DNA of 64,000 nucleotides. It comes from Chrysomallon squamiferum (Eukaryota > Animalia > Mollusca). Location of the stretch: NCBI GenBank assembly GCA_012295275.1, contig CM022672.1, positions 18,910,001 through 18,974,000 on the forward strand, in the 5' to 3' direction. The notes beneath the pieces were generated by a model. The model did no database searches, had not been told where the DNA came from, and saw only the letters and a program-made list of their open reading frames with translations. A program made the translations under genes and the position numbers. Shown here in pieces: positions 43,305 through 56,200 of the stretch; the stretch's first letter is position 1, and each line of letters opens with the position of its first letter.

Positions 43305-44902
43305 CAAATTTATTTCAATTTGATATTTATTGATTTATTTATAAATGCTTAAATAATTGTATTAAATTTGTTAAAACAGACATTTTGAATTTTTGTTAAT
43401 AATGGTCAACATAGCAAAAACAGAACAAACCCACTAAACATCGATGGAAGACATATACATTAATGGTTTCTTACTAATTAATTTTCTTCTATTTTGATAT
43501 TAAATATTTAAAAAAAATTATTCTTCCTAAAAATATGATACAGTAACAAACTGGTAGATAATGATGATCCCACTTCAAAGTGACTCTTATGGACTTAAAA
43601 TTTTGGAGCATTGTTATAACTTGGGAAAAAAACAACACTCTCCAAACCCACACCTCTCATAGTAATTTTCTTAATAAAAGAAAACTGAAACTGTAATTAA
43701 ACTATTGTTTTATTTACCATATGAACAATTCCATAAAAGTACATGTCTAGCTTTAACATGATTATTTACAGAAAGAAAAACAATGTACTTGTGAAATTAG
43801 GATTTAACAAGCACTTTAAATTCATTGCTAAAAATGTCCGTTTTTAACAGTAAAACCAGCCATTGAATGCAATCGCAATTAAAGTATCTAAAATGTTGAA
43901 AATAACGTAATGTTACACAGACTGCAATTTCTTTCAATCTAGGAGTAACACATTTTTTGAAGTGCTTGTGAAGTATGATCATTGAAAAAAATCACTGCTT
44001 TTAGATACATAAAATTCCATTCGTATAAAAATGTCAAATAATAGATTTTCTTGAATTAGAAAATCTTAACATTTTAATATTTTATCAAAATATTTAAATG
44101 TTTTACTTTTTACAATTTAAATAACAGCCTTATGATACTAATTTTGTTTTTTTAGTGTTTTCTCTTGACATGCATGAACAGGAATGTAGAACTACCTTTT
44201 TAGGATTTTTAGATACTTGTTTTGGTTAGTCTTGGTGATTGGAACTCTTTACCAGATACATTAATCAGCTTGAATTTGAAATGTGGTTATTGTCATCTGC
44301 TAATGAAATGAAAAATAATTTAACAAAAATTGTGACCAAGTGATTTACCAGCATTCAGTTAAGTTATAAAATTGTATTTTTACTGTATAATGTAATAGCA
44401 GTTCACATTATTTTGAAAACTAATTTTAAAGTGATCAAAGCTGAACGTCTTAAAAATGAGAAGCTTAAGACAAAATATTTAAAATAGAAATTCAACCTTC
44501 TCCCCAAACTAAGCCAATATCCCCTTTTCCAAATGTTACAAAAAGGAATATGTATAGATATATAAATTATTTTTTAAAATGATTTCTTGTAAAACTGTTA
44601 GAACTCTGTGAAAAAAACAAAGCATTCCTGTTATTTGGCTTGTAATGCCATAAATAAAACTGTCAAAAATTACTTCAAGGGTTTTAATTAAGAAAAAAAA
44701 GATGCCTGAATTAAATAATATCCAGATATTATTAATGTATGTATCAGACACATAACATGCATAACAGTCAAGTGAGTAAAATACAAAAACCAAAATCAAA
44801 CCAAAAAAAAAAAAAAAAAACCATTTCTGATTAAGAGCCAACTCATATCAAGTGCTTACAGCAGCAACCCTGCTGTGTCCAAATTTTAAATTGTTGCCTT
44901 TA

Positions 44903-44906
<4 letters not shown>

Positions 44907-44952
<46 letters not shown>
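44907..44952. repeat. (TG)n microsatellite
   Basis: Directly visible. Confidence 0.95.
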
Positions 44953-44953
<1 letters not shown>

Positions 44954-46524
44954 ATTATACTAATGGTCACAACATTTGTGATCAAATACAGTTATAATCC
45001 ACAATGTAGAAAAGAATTAATGCAAAAAGTACCCCATAAAAAGCTGGTTTAATAGATTGATATCTTTTAACTTTCTCAGGTGAAAAATGGACACATTAGG
45101 GTTATTCTTTAAGCACTTGATATATAAATGCACATGCAAGTACAAAACTCCTTTGAAAAACTAATATAAGGACATCTTGTTTTTTAATATAAAGTAGAAT
45201 AAAACCCCATATAATGTTAATTCAAATTATAGAAATTAAGAATATAAAACTTTAACACATTTACATGATTTAGTAAAGGCAATTTACAGAATTTAGTAAA
45301 ATCTAAGTATATAAAATGGAACATACTGCAATACACCCATTACAATAAAAAAAAAAAAAAAAAAAAAAAATTTACAATCCTGCACTGGCAATTTTGTTTA
45401 CATTTCAGCAATAAACAGAAAAATGGAAGTGTTAAAAACATTATGTGTAATACAAATTTATTTGTTGCATTTCAGTATATAGAGGCAGAACAAACAGCCA
45501 GCCAAATAAATCATCAATTCATACAAACCTATTATTTTACAGATTCATGTTCTAGATTTCTCCAGAACTGTAGTTATTGTAGAGATATTTATAAGAAAAT
45601 CTTTTTTTAAAAAAATCAATGACCTCCCCCATCCGTTTTATTTTGTTATCTACAATTTCTTCCTTAATAAATCCGGCACTATGTACAATTATCAAAATAA
45701 ATCATTATTATTATTAATTTTTGTTTTACATAATACTTTTTAGTAATAAAAGACAATTAAGTCTACATCTAAATACAACAACAGCTTGTTACAAAAACTC
45801 GGCAAACTCATTAAAGAAATACCCAGGTCAAATGTTTTGGCTGCTCTACATAAATGTAATTGGTAAAAAAAAGGGCAGATTTTATATATATTGACCTTTA
45901 TTTCACGTTTAATTAAAAATACGTCCCTCCTTGACATGTGAGGCAAAACAAGTGTAATAAAAACTTATTTTGACACATTATTTAAACATGGACACAACTA
46001 TCCAGATCTCAGTGTGGCTACTTAACTTATTTTTTTCTTCTTCTTTTTAAAATTAATTATTTATGGTGAACAAAACTCTGCTTAGCCTCGAGTATACTGC
46101 CTGCCTACAATATCATTACACCTGAAAGTACACATTATTTTTATTGGTGTACAAACACACAACCTTTCATTTAATCTGAGTATTCCTTTAACCTCTCTAA
46201 CATGTAATACTAATAGTACTAACATATAAGAACAGAATTTACAAAGCTTATTAAGTAATATTGCTGTTCTTTTCACCTTTCCATACTAATACTTTTGTCT
46301 TCCGAATAGGATAAGTGCAACACTTCAAAAAAAAAAAAAAAAAAAAAAAAATTAAAATTTAAGAATTAAAAATAGGTAAACGTGTTATTATTCCATTTGT
46401 AAAAGAATTTGATAAATTTCATAATAATTATGTTTGGGTAAAATTTATATTAATATCATTAACATATTTTATGTTTCACATTATGGACTTACAGGATGGA
46501 CATTCAATGATCAATGTGATTTAA

Positions 46525-46584
<60 letters not shown>

Positions 46585-47113
46585 TATAAAATCAAATCAA
46601 ATTAATGCTATTAGTAATGGTCCCAGTATTGTTTTAACATGTTATTTGCACTTTCCTGAGAAAATCTATAGGGGGGGAAAAAAAAAAAAAAAAAAAAAAA
46701 ATCTGACAGTGCTGGACTAATCTGCATAATTATTTGAATGAAATGAGAGTTCAGAATGATTAGGTAACAAATGAATTTATGTTATTTACATTATCAAACA
46801 AAGAGTCACTGATCAAATGGTTTGTAAATATATATATATATATGTACATACTTTTTCATACTAAAACATCAAGAACTGACAACTATGAACAATTGTATAA
46901 TATAAAATTTTACTTTCAAGAAGAAGCAGGCCAAATTGTCTGTTTTATAAACTGTTCACTTGAGAAAATAAGTAGATGTAGCTGTTACAGTCTACTCCAT
47001 TGGGATGAAATGTATTAATTTAAATGTAATTATCTGTCCCATGTATAAAATGTTTTCACATTTAATTAAAATAATAAAATAGTTGCCTCCTAACAAAACA
47101 GTCATAAATTTGT

Positions 47114-47149
<36 letters not shown>

Positions 47150-47169
47150 TAGGTTGTTTGCAACAAACA

Positions 47170-49501
47170 TCAAAATGAGGGAATGTCAATAACAAGATCT
47201 TGAAATCCATCTTCTTCATCACTGTCATCAAATAACGGAGCAACAACAGCAAGAGGGTCACCTGATTTGGAACCTGAACGGCCACTACGAGTTCCAGACT
47301 TTGGCACTTTGCCCTTGGTGGTAGTGGCTCCGCTTATGGAATCCTTTGTGTCTGTACCAGCAGTACCACTGGCTGGCTTGCCAAGCTCTGGTGGTGGTCG
47401 AGACTTGATGTTAGCTTTTCTCTCAGAGTTAACAACAGTTCCTTTCTTTTTCTCCGGCTGTGTCTCCACACGCATGGCTGCACTTGGCACAGGTCGCTTT
47501 TTCAGTGGACCAGGAATATTAACAGGTTTAGTGTCTTCAGTTTTTTTGTCTGAGTCTTGAACCAGTGGTGTTTTTTCTTGAACTGCTGCTATGATTGGTT
47601 TCACGTCAGTCTCAGGTTTAGTTTCAGGTTTGGTCTCAGAGACTGTCTCACTGGCCTTGCTGCCTTCATTTGTGTCTGTGTTACATTCACTAGCTCCGTC
47701 TTCTGAAACCTCCACTGGTTCAAGTGTTTTGCCTTGCAGGAAACTGTCATGTTCAGAGCACACAAGAACGCCATCCACATTAAAAATGTTATGCTCTATA
47801 TGTGCGGGACAGAATGAATTTGGACACAGTGTACACATCTTTTTACTCTGCTTTCCACAAACATCACAATGATGCCAGGGACATAACCATTTACCTTATA
47901 TAAAAAGAAATTGGATATTGAAAATATATTGAAATATTTTTACATGGTTTAAAAAAAAAGGAGTAAAAATCAGATTTATAATGGTTAATACCATCATTTT
48001 CAAAAAAATCTTTTATATTTTTATGTCTAGGCCCTAAAACAAATATTATCCGACATCAACATAAATTTAAACCAAAAACAACAAATACCTGCTTTTTAAA
48101 AATGTTCAGAATGATAAGTTTATTTTAGTCTTTATTTAAATTTATCCCTGTTCATTTACATCAGTTTGAAGTCAGAAGACATTTTAATTACAGCATGTAT
48201 GTTTAACACTGGTACAGAAATAAAATAATTATTAATTACCAGGTGGTGGTTTGGTAAGTTTAAGACACTGCAGATGGTAGACTTTGGGACAACTGTTGTG
48301 ATCACACATAACCAGTTCTCCTCCTTCGCCACATCGGAAACAATCATCCTCGTGTTCTTTTTTCACCTCTATCTTCTTTTTTCTTTTCTTTTTCTTAGCT
48401 TCTTTGTTCTTCTTTTCTGTAGCAACAGCTGCAGCAGTCTAATGTTGATACAATAATCACATTAATAATTTTTCTGTTTGTAACTTTTTTGGTATCTCTA
48501 ACTGAAAGTATCATTAAAATTCAATAGTTTATTTATATCTTTACATCTATTAAAGAATTTTTTTTTCTAACTTTCAAACCTTTATTTTCCTGCAACAACA
48601 AATGTATATTTGGATTTTGAATATTTAAAGACTGAAATCATCAACTGAAGATATTTTTTATTCAATTCATTTGTTTGCTATCAATTAATATGAACAGAGA
48701 AAAGCCAGGTCACATTCAAGGTTCACAAACAAACTAATTTTATTAATAACTAATGATCTTACTTTGGGTCGGACACCAAGAAATCCACTGCAGTTTTCTG
48801 CTCCACAGTGACAAGTCTTCTTCTCATTACCCAGACAATCCAGATTGTAGTTAAATGTCAACTCTGACCCTGAAAACAGTAAACAGTTAACCTTACAGCA
48901 CATAACATTAGCTCAGATACTGAAGTATTTCTTTCTTTGTAAACAAATATAAATGTCAACAGAGAATAAAAATTTTAAATTTTATTTACGTCATTTTGTA
49001 AAAGTGAAGATGATAAATAATGTTTAGTAATGTTTATGAAAATAACAGAAAATTCGAACTAATATTAAAATAAACCAAACTATTTAAAACAATGGTAATT
49101 AAACAGAAAATCAGAATTAACTAAAAACAGCTGTAGAGATTTCTGCTATATGTATTTGTTGGTTCCATGTATATGCTTTGAAGAAAATAGTTCAGTGAAT
49201 GTTGCTGACTCAAATATTCCACAAAAATCAGATTATGCAGAAAGAAATTTGGTTCATCATTTAATGTTGCAACATTGCTCATCAATTACATCACTGAGTT
49301 GATGCAATCGATATCATAAGTTGCACAACTTGAAAATTAATAGTATGTAAACATCAGCTTCACCAATATTACATAAAACAAAAATGTTATCATCCCTTCA
49401 TTTACAGAACAGCTTGTTCTACAAATACCACAATTCTGCCACTAAACAATTCACTTTTTTCTTGGTGAAGTCAAATAAGATCAGTCACAGCAAATATTCA
49501 C

Positions 49502-49537
<36 letters not shown>

Positions 49538-52500
49538 AAAATCGACATTCAACACTGTTAGTTTGATTATTATTTTAAGCAAATAAAGAAGATGGCTAAG
49601 TGAATAATTTAGCAACATGCATAAAACAAAATAAAACTTTTGTGAACTATCTTGTGTAAATTGTTATTTAGCAAAATGACACCACAACACCTGTAAACTA
49701 CATATGATCATATCACTACACTTGAGAAAATAAAGCTATATACTACATGGTTTCATTTGTTTTATGGCAAACATTTCATAAAGTGTTGCTGACTCAAATA
49801 TTCCACAAAAATCAGATTATGCAGAAAGAAGTTTGGTTCATCATTTAATGTTGCAACATTGCTCATCAATTACATCACTGAGTTGATGCAATCGATATCA
49901 TAAGTTGCACAACTTGAAAATTAATAGTATGTAAACATCAGCTTCACCAATATTACATAAAACAAAAATGTTATCATTCCTTCATTAAAAGAACAGCTTG
50001 TTCTGCAAATACCACAATTCTTTGAAAATGCTGCCACTAAATGATTAACATTAATAATAATAAAAAACCCACTGTTATACAACTTTGCAGTTTGTTAATT
50101 TTATTAAGTAAATAAAGTTGTCTAAACAAATAATTTAATAACATGGATAAAACAAAATAAAATGTATGTAAACCATCTTAGTGTAAATTGTTATCTAGCA
50201 AAATGGCAATTATTTTGTCTTTAGAAAGGCCCCACAACATCTGTAAAACTACATATCATCTCACTTTAGAATATAAAGCTATATACTACATGGTTTCATT
50301 TGTTTTATGGCAAACATTTCCAAAGTGTTGCTGACTCAAATATTCCACAAAAATCAGATCCATGCAGAAAGAAGTTTGATTCATCATTTAATGTTGCAAC
50401 ATTGCTCATCAATTACATCACTGAGTTGATGCAGTCGATATCATAAGTTGCACAACTTGAAAATTAATAGTATGTAAACATCAGCTTCACCAATATTACA
50501 TAAAACAAAAATGTTATCATCCCTTCATTTACAGAACAGCTTGTTCTACAAATACCACAATTCTGCCACTAAACAATTCACTTTTTTCTTGGTGAAGTCA
50601 AATAAGATCAGTCACAGCAAATATTCACATTTATATATATATATATATAAAAAAATCGACATTCAACATTGTTAGTTTGATTATTATTTTAAGCAAATAA
50701 AGAAGATGGCTAAATGAATAATTTAGCAACATGCATAAAACAAAATAAAACTTTTGCGAACTATTTTGTGTAAATTGTTATTTAGCAAAATGACACCACA
50801 ACACCTGTAAACTACATATGATCATATCACTACACTTGAGAAAATAAAGCTATATACTACATGGTTTCATTTGTTTTATGGCAAACATTTCATAAAATAT
50901 TCCACAAAAAATCAGATTATGCAGAAAGAAGTTTGGTTCATCATTTAATGTTGCAACATTGCTCATCAATTACACCACTGAGTTGATGCACAAATATCAG
51001 CATCAGAAACTAAAATGAAAATATTTATCAACTTTTCCTTTATATAAGTTTATTCACTGATAACATTGTGATTCAAGTTATTAATTTTTGTCTCGGCTAA
51101 AATTAAATAATGGTTACCATGGAGCCAAGGAAAAGGTATTGCAATAACAAAATATAGAACTGTATGTGACAATACCAACACAATTTTTTTTAGGATTTTC
51201 AGTTGAGAAACAACTGTGGTAAATGTAAAAACTGGAAGAACTGAAAGCCAATGTTTGTCTTTTTTTTTTTTTTTTTTTACCATTTAAAAAAAAAAAAAAA
51301 AAATAATATATATATATTTTTTTTTTTTTTTATTGTGTAATGAGTTGTATATTTAATTTTTTTAAATCTCCCAAAAGTTGTTAATAGAAGAGTTATTTGG
51401 AAAAACAGACACAATTTCTTTTTTCTTGCTTCCAAAAATGATAATAAATCTAAATGTGTGAAGAATAAAGAAAGTTTATTGACAGCAAATCAATAGCTAT
51501 ATATTGTTTCTTCAGTTATTATTGCAACATTGCTCACCAATTACAATACGAACGTAAAGCAATCAATATCATAAGTTGCCAGTATCTTTAATTTTTATCA
51601 GTAGTTGTTTATAGTTCAACATAGATTTTACTTAGTTTTAATAAAAAACTGAAAAAAAGGAAAAGAAATAATATCTAGATTACAACTTAAAATAATATAT
51701 GCTATTACAATTTGATCATGTAAAACTGGTCTTAATAAATCATTTTTGTATTATTATTAATACATTTAATATAAGTCCAAATAGTTTATTAGTGAAAATA
51801 TTTCTGCAACTTAGGTGATGAATAAAAACAAGAATAACAAGAAAAAAAAAACTGATACCAGTTTTCAGTTCAAGTAAAAGAAATTAATTCTATATTAATT
51901 CTTATTTCATAAATATAGGCATTTAAAGTCAAGTTCCCAATTTATTAAAATCTGTAAAATATTTACAATAATTAAAACAATAATGAATACAAACAGCAGA
52001 TATTCATATATTCTGTTTGCACAATCAGGAAAAATATAAATGTAAATGACATGTTGATGTATTCAACTGTTATGCACAAATAATTGAACACAGAGAAGTT
52101 TCGACCATCATTTAATGTAGCAACATTGCTCACCAATTATACCATGGATATGATGTAATCAATATCATAATTTGCATAGTCTACATGTATTCCAATCATG
52201 TTATCCAGATGAAACTTTATACTGACAGTGGAAACATTTCCCAGGTTTCAAAATGTAACTTTCTGAAACTTTCAAATATGTTTCTCTTTTAAAACAAAAA
52301 CAGCACAGTGTACCATTACTGTAAGTACACCTGTAAATGAATCAACTATGCTGCAGTACAAAACATGCAGACTAAAGTGTGATTCATCAGTCGATATTGC
52401 AACTGGTACACCAAATGCATCATGGACAACATGCAAATGGTATCATGAGTTGCATTTTATTTTTTAATACCTGAAAAAACAAATACCCATCAATTACAAA

Positions 52501-52969
52501 AACATTATTACCCACATAAATAAACTAAATGAGACCAGAATACACTTACCAGCAGGTATAAAATGGGAGGCAAACAACCCAACCCTGATGTCACCATTGA
52601 CCATCCACTTTTGTGTTTCACAATTTGGTTGACAACAGTGGTTCATAAACCTTGATAAATTTCCTTTGGGACCAGCATCAATAATTCTACAAAAATGCAA
52701 AATTACTCATTTAAATAATTGTTAATATTGATGGTATTATTATTTTTTAAGAAACAACAACTGATTAAATTATGAAATAAATTTATGCTGCACAATATTT
52801 AACAATGTATTTAGCTACTGACCTGTTTTTGTCAAGAGTCAACATGTAAAAGTTGGAAATATTTTCACTATGGGCTTTTTCTATTCGTCGATGACATTCT
52901 TCTTCATCAATGAGCTCGCCTACATACTCATTCACAAACTCACCCTAGGAGAGAAAAAAATAAAAAATG

Positions 52970-53001
<32 letters not shown>

Positions 53002-53225
53002 TTAATATATCGACAAATATTTTTTAAAATTAAAAAAATAGCATTAATAACCATTAAAGTTTTTAAAAATGAACTTAACTGCAGCAACTGATATTACTGT
53101 CTTAAACAAAATTATCAAATGCTGGTTGTTTTCCTATATATTCTCAACTTTAATAAGGAAAAGGATTTAAATCAAACTTTTCTGTACATCTTGTTATTCC
53201 TCTCTTAATTCCAGAATGTTAATAT

Positions 53226-53264
<39 letters not shown>

Positions 53265-56200
53265 TAAAGGATGATTATTATATATTTTTAGTAATTAAAA
53301 AATAATAATAAAATAAAATAAAACATGTATCACCAATTGAGCACCTTTCATTTCTAATGGCATTATTTCAAAGAAAAAAGAAACACACCTTTTTAATATC
53401 AACCAAAGTTTTCAGTCCCCAGCCTAAACCTGGTGACTTGTATGACACAGACTCAGGATATTGTCTTTTCTGAAATCTCTGGTTTTGACACTTGTCACCT
53501 GCTGGACAATTGCTGGGGTGACATTCATACATTAACATGCGATTTAAACACTCTGCCTCACTGCTGCATGGATTATCTTGGTTTGGGCTGCACTCACACT
53601 TTGGTATTTGAGATATGTCTGCTTTGTAAATTTGTACATTTCCAACTGGTATATTTGTCTGAAATGATATTTAATTTGTCATTAAGCAAATAAATTTTTT
53701 TTTTTTTTTTTTTTTAAAGTGCAGAAATAGAAAAATGAAAATGTTTGTTGAACCTACTATTCCAAAAGCTTGTTATACCTTAATAAATTTGTAAGGTGCA
53801 GGTTTAGAAGCAGACTTTTCCTCTTTCTGTTGCTCTTTCCTCTCTTTTGCAGCTTTCCAAATTTTAAAAGCTTTTGTTGCTTCCTCCACTCCTGAATTAA
53901 AAATACACAGAATTTTGAATGATTTTAAAATATTTGTTAAGCAGTGGAATTCAAATTTGAATGAAAAATAAACTAGACTGTATTATGTATAGGCCTTTCA
54001 GGGTTTTACAATATTACTAATAAACATACCCCTTGAAAATATTTTTGCCAATCCTTTTGCTGCAGATTCCTTGCTTCCCTTGTCTCCATCTTGAAACAAA
54101 AACACTCTGTAAAAATAAAACATTAATTGATCATGAAGCAGAACATTATTTACTTGCATTTATTCATACATCACATTGTTTTGAATTTTTACTTCTTTAA
54201 TCTTATTTTTGATCACATATTTTCATATAGGAAGTTATGTGAAAAATTAAAATAAAACTGCACTGCAAAAGGGCAAAAATCATCGTCACTATTCTCTATC
54301 ATTCCATAACATACACTGATCACGTGAATGTAATTTATGAACTATGACCTTTATGTGACTAAACCCAAACATTACCTGCCCTGATAGATCCAAAAGAAGT
54401 CATGTGATCCATAGAATCGAACAGGGAATTCTCCCACTTGATGAGGTTTGTCCTGTATGTTTGTAGGAACATGTTTCGGATGACAAATCTCACCTGGCCA
54501 CCATCTGCAGATTTAAATAACAAACACAACTGTAAACATAAATTTAACTTTTTCTTGCTAGCTTGACTCTTTATAAACTAAACTGTTTCAGACTTTGTAT
54601 GTAATATTACAATATTAATTCAGATGCATTCTGATTTTGAGACTGTTATCTGTATTTATTTATTTTTGTATTGAAAGTGGGATGATATGGAAATGATGAT
54701 AAAATATACAAATCTGAGACAAAGCTAGTAATCAAATGACTTGAAAAAAGCTGGATACAAAGCATCAAACAAAACACTGTTGTTTAAAAAAATCTTTAAA
54801 TTCGATGAGAAGTTGAGTGGAATAAGATCATCAAGACAACACAACAGAAGACAGTCAAAAGAACATTCTTTTTATACTCTGTATCCGAGCAATTATTCTA
54901 TCAGATCCATATCTGTATGAAAGTGTTTTTACATTACAGAAAAAGGTATACGAACCCTGCCTCTTAACATATCTTTCCCAATACTATTTAAAAATTATTT
55001 GGAAGTGGTGTACAAATAAAACAATCAACCAGAATTCTGAATGATTTATGTTTAAAAAATAATTTTTGAAAAAAAAAAAAAAAATATATGTATTATAGAC
55101 CATATAAATGTCAAATTTTAATACTCAAGGTAGTTTGCACTGTACCTGTAGCTGCCAAGTTTGACCCATATAATATCACCATAGAGAGGTTTGCGTCCTC
55201 TTCGACAGTCATGACAGTAGAAACTTCCTTCAGGAAAGTCTATTTTAAGACATTCTGCATGGAAGGCTGCTGGACAGCTTTCACAACATAGAAGTGTTCC
55301 TCCTTAACATAATTACAAAAATACAATCAAAACAAATGAGAAAAATTAACCAACTCGGCCTAGCTAAGTCAGTCAGCGAGCTATTCACTTGGGCCTGAGT
55401 ATTTTGGTTAGATTTCAGAGCCAACACTTTGGTAAAATTAATTTCCTCAGATAAAACTCCATATTGTAATTCCAATACAGACTTTGCCTTTGATGAATGC
55501 ACTGGGCTAATCTTGACATTGGAATTCTGGAATCATTGCACATGAGTTTAAGTGGTTGATAATGCAGCAGTGAATGTGAAAGTGGCAGTGGTGTGAATTT
55601 ATCTCAATATGTGCTGGACACCTCGTGAGTCAAAGAAATTATGATAAATATCTTCTGATGAAATGTCAATCATTTTGAATAATGAAAATGTCAAATAATT
55701 AGAATTCCTAAATTTTGAAGTGAATTTCTGCATTTAAGAAAAAAATTTAAAACATTTTCACATGCAGGCCTAAAGTAGAAACAGTTAAACAGTGGAAACA
55801 GCTGTCATTTATAGTTTGAGAATTGTTTAATTTATAATAACAAAAGGCAATAAACATTCAAAATGACATTCAGAATAGAAATGACATCACAACATTAACT
55901 CTTTCTCCACCGAAGTTCAACAACCAAAGTGTCAGCTCTAAAAGGCAAATATATAACTTAATCAAAATATACTAATCAATGAAAACAAAATGATCACTAT
56001 TACTAAACCACTGAGTTAATGTTTAAAATTATTTAAAATAAATAAAACAAAACCATAAATACATTATAAACGAAATACCTTGTACAAAAATCAATAACTG
56101 TCAAAATGCACACACTATTTTAGATCCCTGTGTTATAAAGGAATTTATAAACATAATTAGTTACCATTGCTGCACATAAAACACCAGCTGACGTTGACAT

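Larger units (their letters stand above)
49150..50990. repeat. Tandem array of ~540-585 bp units (A-B-A-partial), each carrying an H/ACA-like core
   Basis: Near-identical blocks start at ~49200, 49785, 50327 and 50895. Units 1 and 3 share a (TA)n-containing spacer that unit 2 lacks. Confidence 0.92.

Noticed and set aside
49150-50990. Repeat array as a CRISPR or C/D snoRNA array
   Set aside because: Eukaryotic context, spacers are repeated rather than unique, and there are no cas genes. The UGAUGA...CUGA spacing is too short and CUGA is not kept in the diverged copies, whereas H and ACA boxes are.
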